Below the pieces are notes generated by a model. The model saw only the letters and a list, made by a program, of their open reading frames with translations. It was not told where the DNA came from and made no database searches. From Auanema rhodensis (Eukaryota; Animalia; Nematoda), in contig CAXKVF010000084.1 in NCBI GenBank assembly GCA_964057225.1, forward strand, positions 254,764 through 318,763: DNA of 64,000 bases, given 5' to 3'. Positions 27,278 through 42,200 of the stretch are shown here, in pieces. How positions within the stretch are numbered: position 1 is the stretch's first letter; the number at the start of each line of letters is the position of its first letter. The translations under genes were made by a program, and so were the position numbers.

Positions 27278-30200
27278 AAACCGCATTTCTTTATCTTTCA
27301 CGTGAAGCGAGTTACATATCAAGTGCACATCACGTGTACATTTAATTAGCATAAATTAAAGTTCACGTAAAATTCAAAGTCATGGTTACCATGAACCAAT
27401 ATCAATAAAAATTTGTTTTTAGACTAATATGGACATGGGGAATCTAATTTTGAAAACCGCATCTCTTTATCTTTCACGTGAAGCGAGTTACATACCAAGT
27501 GCACATCACGTGTACATTTAATTAGCATAAATTAAAGTTCACGTAAATTTCAAAGTCATGGTTACCATGAACCAATATCAATAAAAATTTGTTTTTAGAC
27601 TAATATGGACATGGGGAATCTAATTTTGAAAACCGCATCTCTTTATCTTTCACGTGAAGCGAGTTACATACCAAGTGCACATCACGTGTACATTTAATTA
27701 GCATAAATTAAAGTTCACGTAAATTTCAAAGTCATGGTTACCATGAACCAATATCAATAAAAATTTGTTTTTAGACTAATATGGACATGGGGAATCTAAT
27801 TTTAAAAACCGCATCTCTTTATCTTTCACGTGAAGCGAGTTACATACCAAGTGCACATCACGTGTACATTTAATTAGCATAAATTAAAGTTCACGTAAAT
27901 TTCAAAGTCATGGTTACCATGCACCAATATCAATAAAAATTTGTTTTTAGACTAATATGGACATGGGGAATCTAATTTTGAAAACCGCATCTCTTTATCT
28001 TTCACGTGAAGCGAGTTACATACCAAGTGCACATCACGTGTACATTTAATTAGCATAAATTAAAGTTCACGTAAATTTCAAAGTCATGGTTACCAAGAAC
28101 CAATATCAATAAAAATTTGTTTTTAGACTAATATGGACATGGGGAATCTAATTTTGAAAACCGCATCTCTTCATCTTTCACGTGAAGCGAGTTACATACC
28201 AAGTGCACATCACGTGTACATTTAATTAGCATAAATTAAAGTTCACGTAAATTTCAAAGTCATGGTTACCATGCACCAATATCAATAAAAATTTGTTTTT
28301 AGACTAATATGGACATGGGGAATCTAATTTTGAAAACCGCATCTCTTTATCTTTCACGTGAAGCGAGTTACATACCAAGTGCACATCACGTGTACATTTA
28401 ATTAGCATAAATTAAAGTTCACGTAAATTTCAAAGTCATGGTTACCATGCACCAATATCAATAAAAATTTGTTTTTAGACTAATATGGACATGGGGAATC
28501 TAATTTTGAAAACCACATCTCTTTATCTTTCACGTGAAGCGAGTTACATACCAAGTGCACATCACGTGTACATTTAATTAGCATAAATTAAAGTTCACGT
28601 AAATTTCAAAGTCATGGTTACCATGAACCAATATCAATAAAAATTTGTTTTTAGACTAATATGGACATGGGGAATCTAATTTTGAAAACCGCATCTCTTT
28701 ATCTTTCACGTGAAGCGAGTTACATACCAAGTGCACATCACGTGTACATTTAATTAGCATAAATTAAAGTTCACGTAAATTTCAAAGTCATGGTTACCAT
28801 GCACCAATATCAATAAAAATTTGTTTTTAGACTAATATGGACATGGGGAATCTAATTTTGAAAACCGCATCTCTTTATCTTTCACGTGAAGCGAGTTACA
28901 TACCAAGTGCACATCACGTGTACAATTAATTAGCATAAATTAAAGTTCACGTAAATTTCAAAGTCATGGTTACCATGAACCAATATCAATAAAAATTTGT
29001 TTTTAGACTAATATGGACATGGGGAATCTAATTTTGAAAACCGCATCTCTTTATCTTTCACGTGAAGCGAGTTACATACCAAGTGCACATCACGTGTACA
29101 TTTAATTAGCATAAATTAAATTTCACGTAAATTTCAAAGTCATGGTTACCATGCACCAATATCAATAAAAATTTGTTTTTAGACTAATATGGACATGGGG
29201 AATCTAATTTTGAAAACCACATCTCTTTATCTTTCACGTGAAGCGAGTTACATACCAAGTGCACATCACGTGTACATTTAATTAGCATAAATTAAAGTTC
29301 ACGTAAATTTCAAAGTCATGGTTACCATGAACCAATATCAATAAAAATTTGTTTTTAGACTAATATGGACATGGGGAATCTAATTTTGAAAACCGCATCT
29401 CTTTATCTTTCACGTGAAGCGAGTTACATACCAAGTGCACATCACGTGTACATTTAATTAGCATAAATTAAAGTTCACGTAAATTTCAAAGTCATGGTTA
29501 CCATGCACCAATATCAATAAAAATTTGTTTTTAGACTAATATGGACATGGGGAATCTAATTTTGAAAACCGCATCTCTTTATCTTTCACGTGAAGCGAGT
29601 TACATACCAAGTGCACATCACGTGTACAATTAATTAGCATAAATTAAAGTTCACGTAAATTTCAAAGTCATGGTTACCATGAAGCAATATCAATAAAAAT
29701 TTGTTTTTAGACTAATATGGACATGGGGAATCTAATTTTGAAAACCACATCTCTTTATCTTTCACGTGAAGCGAGTTACATACCAAGTGCACATCACGTG
29801 TACATTTAATTAGCATAAATTAAAGTTCACGTAAATTTCAAAGTCATGGTTACCATGAACCAATATCAATAAAAATTTGTTTTTAGACTAATATGGACAT
29901 GGGGAATCTAATTTTGAAAACCGCATCTCTTTATCTTTCACGTGAAGCGAGTTACATACCAAGTGCACATCACGTGTACATTTAATTAGCATAAATTAAA
30001 GTTCACGTAAATTTCAAAGTCATGGTTACCATGAACTAATATCAATAAAAATTTGTTTTTAGACTAATATGGACATGGGGAATCTAATTTTGAAAACCGC
30101 ATCTCTTTATCTTTCACGTGAAGCGAGTTACATACCAAGTGCACATCACGTGTACATTTAATTAGCATAAATTAAAGTTCACGTAAATTTCAAAGTCATG

Positions 30201-33200
30201 GTTACCATGAACCAATATCAATAAAAATTTGTTTTTAGACTAATATGGACATGGGGAATCTAATTTTGAAAACCGCATCTCTTTATCTTTCACGTGAAGC
30301 GAGTTACATACCAAGTGCACATCACGTGTACATTTAATTAGCATAAATTAAAGTTCACGTAAATTTCAAAGTCATGGTTACCATGAACCAATATCAATAA
30401 AAATTTGTTTTTAGACTAATATGGACATGGGGAATCTAATTTTGAAAACCGCATCTCTTTATCTTTCACGTGAAGCGAGTTACATACCAAGTGCACATCA
30501 CGTGTACATTTAATTAGCATAAATTAAAGTTCACGTAAATGTCAAAGTCATGGTTACCAAGAACCAATATCAATAAAAATTTGTTTTTAGACTAATATGG
30601 ACATGGGGAATCTAATTTTGAAAACCGCATCTCTTTATCTTTCACGTGAAGCGAGTTACATACCAAGTGCACATCACGTGTACATTTAATTAGCATAAAT
30701 TAAAGTTCACGTAAATTTCAAAGTCATGGTTACCATGCACCAATATCAATAAAAATTTGTTTTTAGACTAATATGGACATGGGGAATCTAATTTTGAAAA
30801 CCGCATCTCTTTATCTTTCACGTGAAGCGAGTTACATACCAAGTGCACATCACGTGTACATTTAATTAGCATAAATTAAAGTTCACGTAAATTTCAAAGT
30901 CATGGTTACCATGCACCAATATCAATAAAAATTTGTTTTTAGACTAATATGGACATGGGGAATCTAATTTTGAAAACCGCATCTCTTTATCTTTCACGTG
31001 AAGCGAGTTACATACCAAGTGCACATCACGTGTACATTTAATTAGCATAAATTAAAGTTCACGTAAATTTCAAAGTCATGGTTACCATGAACCAATATCA
31101 ATAAAAATTTGTTTTTAGACTAATATGGACATGGGGAATCTAATTTTGAAAACCGCATTTCTTTATCTTTCACGTGAAGCGAGTTACATATCAAGTGCAC
31201 ATCACGTGTACATTTAATTAGCATAAATTAAAGTTCACGTAAAATTCAAAGTCATGGTTACCATGAACCAATATCAATAAAAATTTGTTTTTAGACTAAT
31301 ATGGACATGGGGAATCTAATTTTGAAAACCGCATCTCTTTATCTTTCACGTGAAGCGAGTTACATACCAAGTGCACATCACGTGTACATTTAATTAGCAT
31401 AAATTAAAGTTCACGTAAATTTCAAAGTCATGGTTACCATGAACCAATATCAATAAAAATTTGTTTTTAGACTAATATGGACATGGGGAATCTAATTTTG
31501 AAAACCGCATCTCTTTATCTTTCACGTGAAGCGAGTTACATACCAAGTGCACATCACGTGTACATTTAATTAGCATAAATTAAAGTTCACGTAAATTTCA
31601 AAGTCATGGTTACCATGAACCAATATCAATAAAAATTTGTTTTTAGACTAATATGGACATGGGGAATCTAATTTTAAAAACCGCATCTCTTTATCTTTCA
31701 CGTGAAGCGAGTTACATACCAAGTGCACATCACGTGTACATTTAATTAGCATAAATTAAAGTTCACGTAAATTTCAAAGTCATGGTTACCATGCACCAAT
31801 ATCAATAAAAATTTGTTTTTAGACTAATATGGACATGGGGAATCTAATTTTGAAAACCGCATCTCTTTATCTTTCACGTGAAGCGAGTTACATACCAAGT
31901 GCACATCACGTGTACATTTAATTAGCATAAATTAAAGTTCACGTAAATTTCAAAGTCATGGTTACCAAGAACCAATATCAATAAAAATTTGTTTTTAGAC
32001 TAATATGGACATGGGGAATCTAATTTTGAAAACCGCATCTCTTCATCTTTCACGTGAAGCGAGTTACATACCAAGTGCACATCACGTGTACATTTAATTA
32101 GCATAAATTAAAGTTCACGTAAATTTCAAAGTCATGGTTACCATGCACCAATATCAATAAAAATTTGTTTTTAGACTAATATGGACATGGGGAATCTAAT
32201 TTTGAAAACCGCATCTCTTTATCTTTCACGTGAAGCGAGTTACATACCAAGTGCACATCACGTGTACATTTAATTAGCATAAATTAAAGTTCACGTAAAT
32301 TTCAAAGTCATGGTTACCATGCACCAATATCAATAAAAATTTGTTTTTAGACTAATATGGACATGGGGAATCTAATTTTGAAAACCACATCTCTTTATCT
32401 TTCACGTGAAGCGAGTTACATACCAAGTGCACATCACGTGTACATTTAATTAGCATAAATTAAAGTTCACGTAAATTTCAAAGTCATGGTTACCATGAAC
32501 CAATATCAATAAAAATTTGTTTTTAGACTAATATGGACATGGGGAATCTAATTTTGAAAACCGCATCTCTTTATCTTTCACGTGAAGCGAGTTACATACC
32601 AAGTGCACATCACGTGTACATTTAATTAGCATAAATTAAAGTTCACGTAAATTTCAAAGTCATGGTTACCATGCACCAATATCAATAAAAATTTGTTTTT
32701 AGACTAATATGGACATGGGGAATCTAATTTTGAAAACCGCATCTCTTTATCTTTCACGTGAAGCGAGTTACATACCAAGTGCACATCACGTGTACAATTA
32801 ATTAGCATAAATTAAAGTTCACGTAAATTTCAAAGTCATGGTTACCATGAAGCAATATCAATAAAAATTTGTTTTTAGACTAATATGGACATGGGGAATC
32901 TAATTTTGAAAACCACATCTCTTTATCTTTCACGTGAAGCGAGTTACATACCAAGTGCACATCACGTGTACATTTAATTAGCATAAATTAAAGTTCACGT
33001 AAATTTCAAAGTCATGGTTACCATGAACCAATATCAATAAAAATTTGTTTTTAGACTAATATGGACATGGGGAATCTAATTTTGAAAACCGCATCTCTTT
33101 ATCTTTCACGTGAAGCGAGTTACATACCAAGTGCACATCACGTGTACATTTAATTAGCATAAATTAAAGTTCACGTAAATTTCAAAGTCATGGTTACCAT

Positions 33201-36200
33201 GAACCAATATCAATAAAAATTTGTTTTTAGACTAATATGGACATGGGGAATCTAATTTTGAAAACCGCATCTCTTTATCTTTCACGTGAAGCGAGTTACA
33301 TACCAAGTGCACATCACGTGTACATTTAATTAGCATAAATTAAAGTTCACGTAAATGTCAAAGTCATGGTTACCAAGAACCAATATCAATAAAAATTTGT
33401 TTTTAGACTAATATGGACATGGGGAATCTAATTTTGAAAACCGCATCTCTTTATCTTTCACGTGAAGCGAGTTACATACCAAGTGCACATCACGTGTACA
33501 ATTAATTAGCATAAATTAAAGTTCACGTAAATTTCAAAGTCATGGTTACCATGAAGCAATATCAATAAAAATTTGTTTTTAGACTAATATGGACATGGGG
33601 AATCTAATTTTGAAAACCACATCTCTTTATCTTTCACGTGAAGCGAGTTACATACCAAGTGCACATCACGTGTACATTTAATTAGCATAAATTAAAGTTC
33701 ACGTAAATTTCAAAGTCATGGTTACCATGAACCAATATCAATAAAAATTTGTTTTTAGACTAATATGGACATGGGGAATCTAATTTTGAAAACCGCATCT
33801 CTTTATCTTTCACGTGAAGCGAGTTACATACCAAGTGCACATCACGTGTACATTTAATTAGCATAAATTAAAGTTCACGTAAATTTCAAAGTCATGGTTA
33901 CCATGAACCAATATCAATAAAAATTTGTTTTTAGACTAATATGGACATGGGGAATCTAATTTTGAAAACCGCATCTCTTTATCTTTCACGTGAAGCGAGT
34001 TACATACCAAGTGCACATCACGTGTACATTTAATTAGCATAAATTAAAGTTCACGTAAATGTCAAAGTCATGGTTACCAAGAACCAATATCAATAAAAAT
34101 TTGTTTTTAGACTAATATGGACATGGGGAATCTAATTTTGAAAACCGCATCTCTTTATCTTTCACGTGAAGCGAGTTACATACCAAGTGCACATCACGTG
34201 TACATTTAATTAGCATAAATTAAAGTTCACGTAAATTTCAAAGTCATGGTTACCATGCACCAATATCAATAAAAATTTGTTTTTAGACTAATATGGACAT
34301 GGGGAATCTAATTTTGAAAACCGCATCTCTTTATCTTTCACGTGAAGCGAGTTACATACCAAGTGCACATCACGTGTACATTTAATTAGCATAAATTAAA
34401 GTTCACGTAAATTTCAAAGTCATGGTTACCATGAACCAATATCAATAAAAATTTGTTTTTAGACTAATATGGACATGGGGAATCTAATTTTGAAAACCGC
34501 ATTTCTTTATCTTTCACGTGAAGCGAGTTACATATCAAGTGCACATCACGTGTACATTTAATTAGCATAAATTAAAGTTCACGTAAAATTCAAAGTCATG
34601 GTTACCATGAACCAATATCAATAAAAATTTGTTTTTAGACTAATATGGACATGGGGAATCTAATTTTGAAAACCGCATCTCTTTATCTTTCACGTGAAGC
34701 GAGTTACATACCAAGTGCACATCACGTGTACATTTAATTAGCATAAATTAAAGTTCACGTAAATTTCAAAGTCATGGTTACCATGAACCAATATCAATAA
34801 AAATTTGTTTTTAGACTAATATGGACATGGGGAATCTAATTTTGAAAACCGCATCTCTTTATCTTTCACGTGAAGCGAGTTACATACCAAGTGCACATCA
34901 CGTGTACATTTAATTAGCATAAATTAAAGTTCACGTAAATTTCAAAGTCATGGTTACCATGAACCAATATCAATAAAAATTTGTTTTTAGACTAATATGG
35001 ACATGGGGAATCTAATTTTAAAAACCGCATCTCTTTATCTTTCACGTGAAGCGAGTTACATACCAAGTGCACATCACGTGTACATTTAATTAGCATAAAT
35101 TAAAGTTCACGTAAATTTCAAAGTCATGGTTACCATGCACCAATATCAATAAAAATTTGTTTTTAGACTAATATGGACATGGGGAATCTAATTTTGAAAA
35201 CCGCATCTCTTTATCTTTCACGTGAAGCGAGTTACATACCAAGTGCACATCACGTGTACATTTAATTAGCATAAATTAAAGTTCACGTAAATTTCAAAGT
35301 CATGGTTACCAAGAACCAATATCAATAAAAATTTGTTTTTAGACTAATATGGACATGGGGAATCTAATTTTGAAAACCGCATCTCTTCATCTTTCACGTG
35401 AAGCGAGTTACATACCAAGTGCACATCACGTGTACATTTAATTAGCATAAATTAAAGTTCACGTAAATTTCAAAGTCATGGTTACCATGCACCAATATCA
35501 ATAAAAATTTGTTTTTAGACTAATATGGACATGGGGAATCTAATTTTGAAAACCGCATCTCTTTATCTTTCACGTGAAGCGAGTTACATACCAAGTGCAC
35601 ATCACGTGTACATTTAATTAGCATAAATTAAAGTTCACGTAAATTTCAAAGTCATGGTTACCATGCACCAATATCAATAAAAATTTGTTTTTAGACTAAT
35701 ATGGACATGGGGAATCTAATTTTGAAAACCACATCTCTTTATCTTTCACGTGAAGCGAGTTACATACCAAGTGCACATCACGTGTACATTTAATTAGCAT
35801 AAATTAAAGTTCACGTAAATTTCAAAGTCATGGTTACCATGAACCAATATCAATAAAAATTTGTTTTTAGACTAATATGGACATGGGGAATCTAATTTTG
35901 AAAACCGCATCTCTTTATCTTTCACGTGAAGCGAGTTACATACCAAGTGCACATCACGTGTACATTTAATTAGCATAAATTAAAGTTCACGTAAATTTCA
36001 AAGTCATGGTTACCATGCACCAATATCAATAAAAATTTGTTTTTAGACTAATATGGACATGGGGAATCTAATTTTGAAAACCGCATCTCTTTATCTTTCA
36101 CGTGAAGCGAGTTACATACCAAGTGCACATCACGTGTACAATTAATTAGCATAAATTAAAGTTCACGTAAATTTCAAAGTCATGGTTACCATGAAGCAAT

Positions 36201-39200
36201 ATCAATAAAAATTTGTTTTTAGACTAATATGGACATGGGGAATCTAATTTTGAAAACCACATCTCTTTATCTTTCACGTGAAGCGAGTTACATACCAAGT
36301 GCACATCACGTGTACATTTAATTAGCATAAATTAAAGTTCACGTAAATTTCAAAGTCATGGTTACCATGAACCAATATCAATAAAAATTTGTTTTTAGAC
36401 TAATATGGACATGGGGAATCTAATTTTGAAAACCGCATCTCTTTATCTTTCACGTGAAGCGAGTTACATACCAAGTGCACATCACGTGTACATTTAATTA
36501 GCATAAATTAAAGTTCACGTAAATTTCAAAGTCATGGTTACCATGCACCAATATCAATAAAAATTTGTTTTTAGACTAATATGGACATGGGGAATCTAAT
36601 TTTGAAAACCACATCTCTTTATCTTTCACGTGAAGCGAGTTACATACCAAGTGCACATCACGTGTACATTTAATTAGCATAAATTAAAGTTCACGTAAAT
36701 TTCAAAGTCATGGTTACCATGAACCAATATCAATAAAAATTTGTTTTTAGACTAATATGGACATGGGGAATCTAATTTTGAAAACCGCATCTCTTTATCT
36801 TTCACGTGAAGCGAGTTACATACCAAGTGCACATCACGTGTACATTTAATTAGCATAAATTAAAGTTCACGTAAATTTCAAAGTCATGGTTACCATGCAC
36901 CAATATCAATAAAAATTTGTTTTTAGACTAATATGGACATGGGGAATCTAATTTTGAAAACCGCATCTCTTTATCTTTCACGTGAAGCGAGTTACATACC
37001 AAGTGCACATCACGTGTACAATTAATTAGCATAAATTAAAGTTCACGTAAATTTCAAAGTCATGGTTACCATGAAGCAATATCAATAAAAATTTGTTTTT
37101 AGACTAATATGGACATGGGGAATCTAATTTTGAAAACCACATCTCTTTATCTTTCACGTGAAGCGAGTTACATACCAAGTGCACATCACGTGTACATTTA
37201 ATTAGCATAAATTAAAGTTCACGTAAATTTCAAAGTCATGGTTACCATGAACCAATATCAATAAAAATTTGTTTTTAGACTAATATGGACATGGGGAATC
37301 TAATTTTGAAAACCGCATCTCTTTATCTTTCACGTGAAGCGAGTTACATACCAAGTGCACATCACGTGTACATTTAATTAGCATAAATTAAAGTTCACGT
37401 AAATTTCAAAGTCATGGTTACCATGAACTAATATCAATAAAAATTTGTTTTTAGACTAATATGGACATGGGGAATCTAATTTTGAAAACCGCATCTCTTT
37501 ATCTTTCACGTGAAGCGAGTTACATACCAAGTGCACATCACGTGTACATTTAATTAGCATAAATTAAAGTTCACGTAAATTTCAAAGTCATGGTTACCAT
37601 GAACCAATATCAATAAAAATTTGTTTTTAGACTAATATGGACATGGGGAATCTAATTTTGAAAACCGCATCTCTTTATCTTTCACGTGAAGCGAGTTACA
37701 TACCAAGTGCACATCACGTGTACATTTAATTAGCATAAATTAAAGTTCACGTAAATTTCAAAGTCATGGTTACCATGAACCAATATCAATAAAAATTTGT
37801 TTTTAGACTAATATGGACATGGGGAATCTAATTTTGAAAACCGCATCTCTTTATCTTTCACGTGAAGCGAGTTACATACCAAGTGCACATCACGTGTACA
37901 TTTAATTAGCATAAATTAAAGTTCACGTAAATGTCAAAGTCATGGTTACCAAGAACCAATATCAATAAAAATTTGTTTTTAGACTAATATGGACATGGGG
38001 AATCTAATTTTGAAAACCGCATCTCTTTATCTTTCACGTGAAGCGAGTTACATACCAAGTGCACATCACGTGTACATTTAATTAGCATAAATTAAAGTTC
38101 ACGTAAATTTCAAAGTCATGGTTACCATGCACCAATATCAATAAAAATTTGTTTTTAGACTAATATGGACATGGGGAATCTAATTTTGAAAACCGCATCT
38201 CTTTATCTTTCACGTGAAGCGAGTTACATACCAAGTGCACATCACGTGTACATTTAATTAGCATAAATTAAAGTTCACGTAAATTTCAAAGTCATGGTTA
38301 CCATGCACCAATATCAATAAAAATTTGTTTTTAGACTAATATGGACATGGGGAATCTAATTTTGAAAACCGCATCTCTTTATCTTTCACGTGAAGCGAGT
38401 TACATACCAAGTGCACATCACGTGTACATTTAATTAGCATAAATTAAAGTTCACGTAAATTTCAAAGTCATGGTTACCATGAACCAATATCAATAAAAAT
38501 TTGTTTTTAGACTAATATGGACATGGGGAATCTAATTTTGAAAACCGCATCTCTTCATCTTTCACGTGAAGCGAGTTACATACCAAGTGCACATCACGTG
38601 TACATTTAATTAGCATAAATTAAAGTTCACGTAAATTTCAAAGTCATGGTTACCATGCACCAATATCAATAAAAATTTGTTTTTAGACTAATATGGACAT
38701 GGGGAATCTAATTTTGAAAACCGCATCTCTTTATCTTTCACGTGAAGCGAGTTACATACCAAGTGCACATCACGTGTACATTTAATTAGCATAAATTAAA
38801 GTTCACGTAAATTTCAAAGTCATGGTTACCATGCACCAATATCAATAAAAATTTGTTTTTAGACTAATATGGACATGGGGAATCTAATTTTGAAAACCGC
38901 ATCTCTTTATCTTTCACGTGAAGCGAGTTACATACCAAGTGCACATCACGTGTACATTTAATTAGCATAAATTAAAGTTCACGTAAATTTCAAAGTCATG
39001 GTTACCATGAACCAATATCAATAAAAATTTGTTTTTAGACTAATATGGACATGGGGAATCTAATTTTGAAAACCGCATCTCTTCATCTTTCACGTGAAGC
39101 GAGTTACATACCAAGTGCACATCACGTGTACATTTAATTAGCATAAATTAAAGTTCACGTATATTTCAAAGTCATGGTTACCATGAACTAATATCAATAA

Positions 39201-42200
39201 AAATTTGTTTTTAGACTAATATGGACATGGGGAATCTAATTTTGAAAACCGCATCTCTTTATCTTTCACGTGAAGCGAGTTACATACCAAGTGCACATCA
39301 CGTGTACATTTAATTAGCATAAATTAAAGTTCACGTATATTTCAAAGTCATGGTTACCATGAACCAATATCAATAAAAATTTGTTTTTAGACTAATATGG
39401 ACATGGGGAATCTAATTTTGAAAACCGCATCTCTTTATCTTTCACGTGAAGCGAGTTACATACCAAGTGCACATCACGTGTACATTTAATTAGCATAAAT
39501 TAAAGTTCACGTATATTTCAAAGTCATGGTTACCATGAACTAATATCAATAAAAATTTGTTTTTAGACTAATATGGACATGGGGAATCTAATTTTGAAAA
39601 CCGCATCTCTTCATCTTTCACGTGAAGCGAGTTACATACCAAGTGCACATCACGTGTACATTTAATTAGCATAAATTAAAGTTCACGTATATTTCAAAGT
39701 CATGGTTACCATGAACTAATATCAATAAAAATTTGTTTTTAGACTAATATGGACATGGGGAATCTAATTTTGAAAACCGCATCTCTTTATCTTTCACGTG
39801 AAGCGAGTTACATACCAAGTGCACATCACGTGTACATTTAATTAGCATAAATTAAAGTTCACGTAAATTTCAAAGTCATGGTTACCATGAACCAATATCA
39901 ATAAAAATTTGTTTTTAGACTAATATGGACATGGGGAATCTAATTTTGAAAACCGCATCTCTTTATCTTTCACGTGAAGCGAGTTACATACCAAGTGCAC
40001 ATCACGTGTACATTTAATTAGCATAAATTAAAGTTCACGTATATTTCAAAGTCATGGTTACCATGAACCAATATCAATAAAAATTTGTTTTTAGACTAAT
40101 ATGGACATGGGGAATCTAATTTTAAAAACCGCATCTCTTTATCTTTCACGTGAAGCGAGTTACATACCAAGTGCACATCACGTGTACATTTAATTAGCAT
40201 AAATTAAAGTTCACGTAAATTTCAAAGTCATGGTTACCATGCACCAATATCAATAAAAATTTGTTTTTAGACTAATATGGACATGGGGAATCTAATTTTG
40301 AAAACCGCATCTCTTTATCTTTCACGTGAAGCGAGTTACATACCAAGTGCACATCACGTGTACATTTAATTAGCATAAATTAAAGTTCACGTAAATTTCA
40401 AAGTCATGGTTACCAAGAACCAATATCAATAAAAATTTGTTTTTAGACTAATATGGACATGGGGAATCTAATTTTGAAAACCGCATCTCTTCATCTTTCA
40501 CGTGAAGCGAGTTACATACCAAGTGCACATCACGTGTACATTTAATTAGCATAAATTAAAGTTCACGTAAATTTCAAAGTCATGGTTACCATGCACCAAT
40601 ATCAATAAAAATTTGTTTTTAGACTAATATGGACATGGGGAATCTAATTTTGAAAACCGCATCTCTTTATCTTTCACGTGAAGCGAGTTACATACCAAGT
40701 GCACATCACGTGTACATTTAATTAGCATAAATTAAAGTTCACGTAAATTTCAAAGTCATGGTTACCATGCACCAATATCAATAAAAATTTGTTTTTAGAC
40801 TAATATGGACATGGGGAATCTAATTTTGAAAACCACATCTCTTTATCTTTCACGTGAAGCGAGTTACATACCAAGTGCACATCACGTGTACATTTAATTA
40901 GCATAAATTAAAGTTCACGTAAATTTCAAAGTCATGGTTACCATGAACCAATATCAATAAAAATTTGTTTTTAGACTAATATGGACATGGGGAATCTAAT
41001 TTTGAAAACCGCATCTCTTTATCTTTCACGTGAAGCGAGTTACATACCAAGTGCACATCACGTGTACATTTAATTAGCATAAATTAAAGTTCACGTAAAT
41101 TTCAAAGTCATGGTTACCATGCACCAATATCAATAAAAATTTGTTTTTAGACTAATATGGACATGGGGAATCTAATTTTGAAAACCGCATCTCTTTATCT
41201 TTCACGTGAAGCGAGTTACATACCAAGTGCACATCACGTGTACAATTAATTAGCATAAATTAAAGTTCACGTAAATTTCAAAGTCATGGTTACCATGAAG
41301 CAATATCAATAAAAATTTGTTTTTAGACTAATATGGACATGGGGAATCTAATTTTGAAAACCACATCTCTTTATCTTTCACGTGAAGCGAGTTACATACC
41401 AAGTGCACATCACGTGTACATTTAATTAGCATAAATTAAAGTTCACGTAAATTTCAAAGTCATGGTTACCATGAACCAATATCAATAAAAATTTGTTTTT
41501 AGACTAATATGGACATGGGGAATCTAATTTTGAAAACCGCATCTCTTTATCTTTCACGTGAAGCGAGTTACATACCAAGTGCACATCACGTGTACATTTA
41601 ATTAGCATAAATTAAAGTTCACGTAAATTTCAAAGTCATGGTTACCATGCACCAATATCAATAAAAATTTGTTTTTAGACTAATATGGACATGGGGAATC
41701 TAATTTTGAAAACCACATCTCTTTATCTTTCACGTGAAGCGAGTTACATACCAAGTGCACATCACGTGTACATTTAATTAGCATAAATTAAAGTTCACGT
41801 AAATTTCAAAGTCATGGTTACCATGAACCAATATCAATAAAAATTTGTTTTTAGACTAATATGGACATGGGGAATCTAATTTTGAAAACCGCATCTCTTT
41901 ATCTTTCACGTGAAGCGAGTTACATACCAAGTGCACATCACGTGTACATTTAATTAGCATAAATTAAAGTTCACGTAAATTTCAAAGTCATGGTTACCAT
42001 GCACCAATATCAATAAAAATTTGTTTTTAGACTAATATGGACATGGGGAATCTAATTTTGAAAACCGCATCTCTTTATCTTTCACGTGAAGCGAGTTACA
42101 TACCAAGTGCACATCACGTGTACAATTAATTAGCATAAATTAAAGTTCACGTAAATTTCAAAGTCATGGTTACCATGAAGCAATATCAATAAAAATTTGT

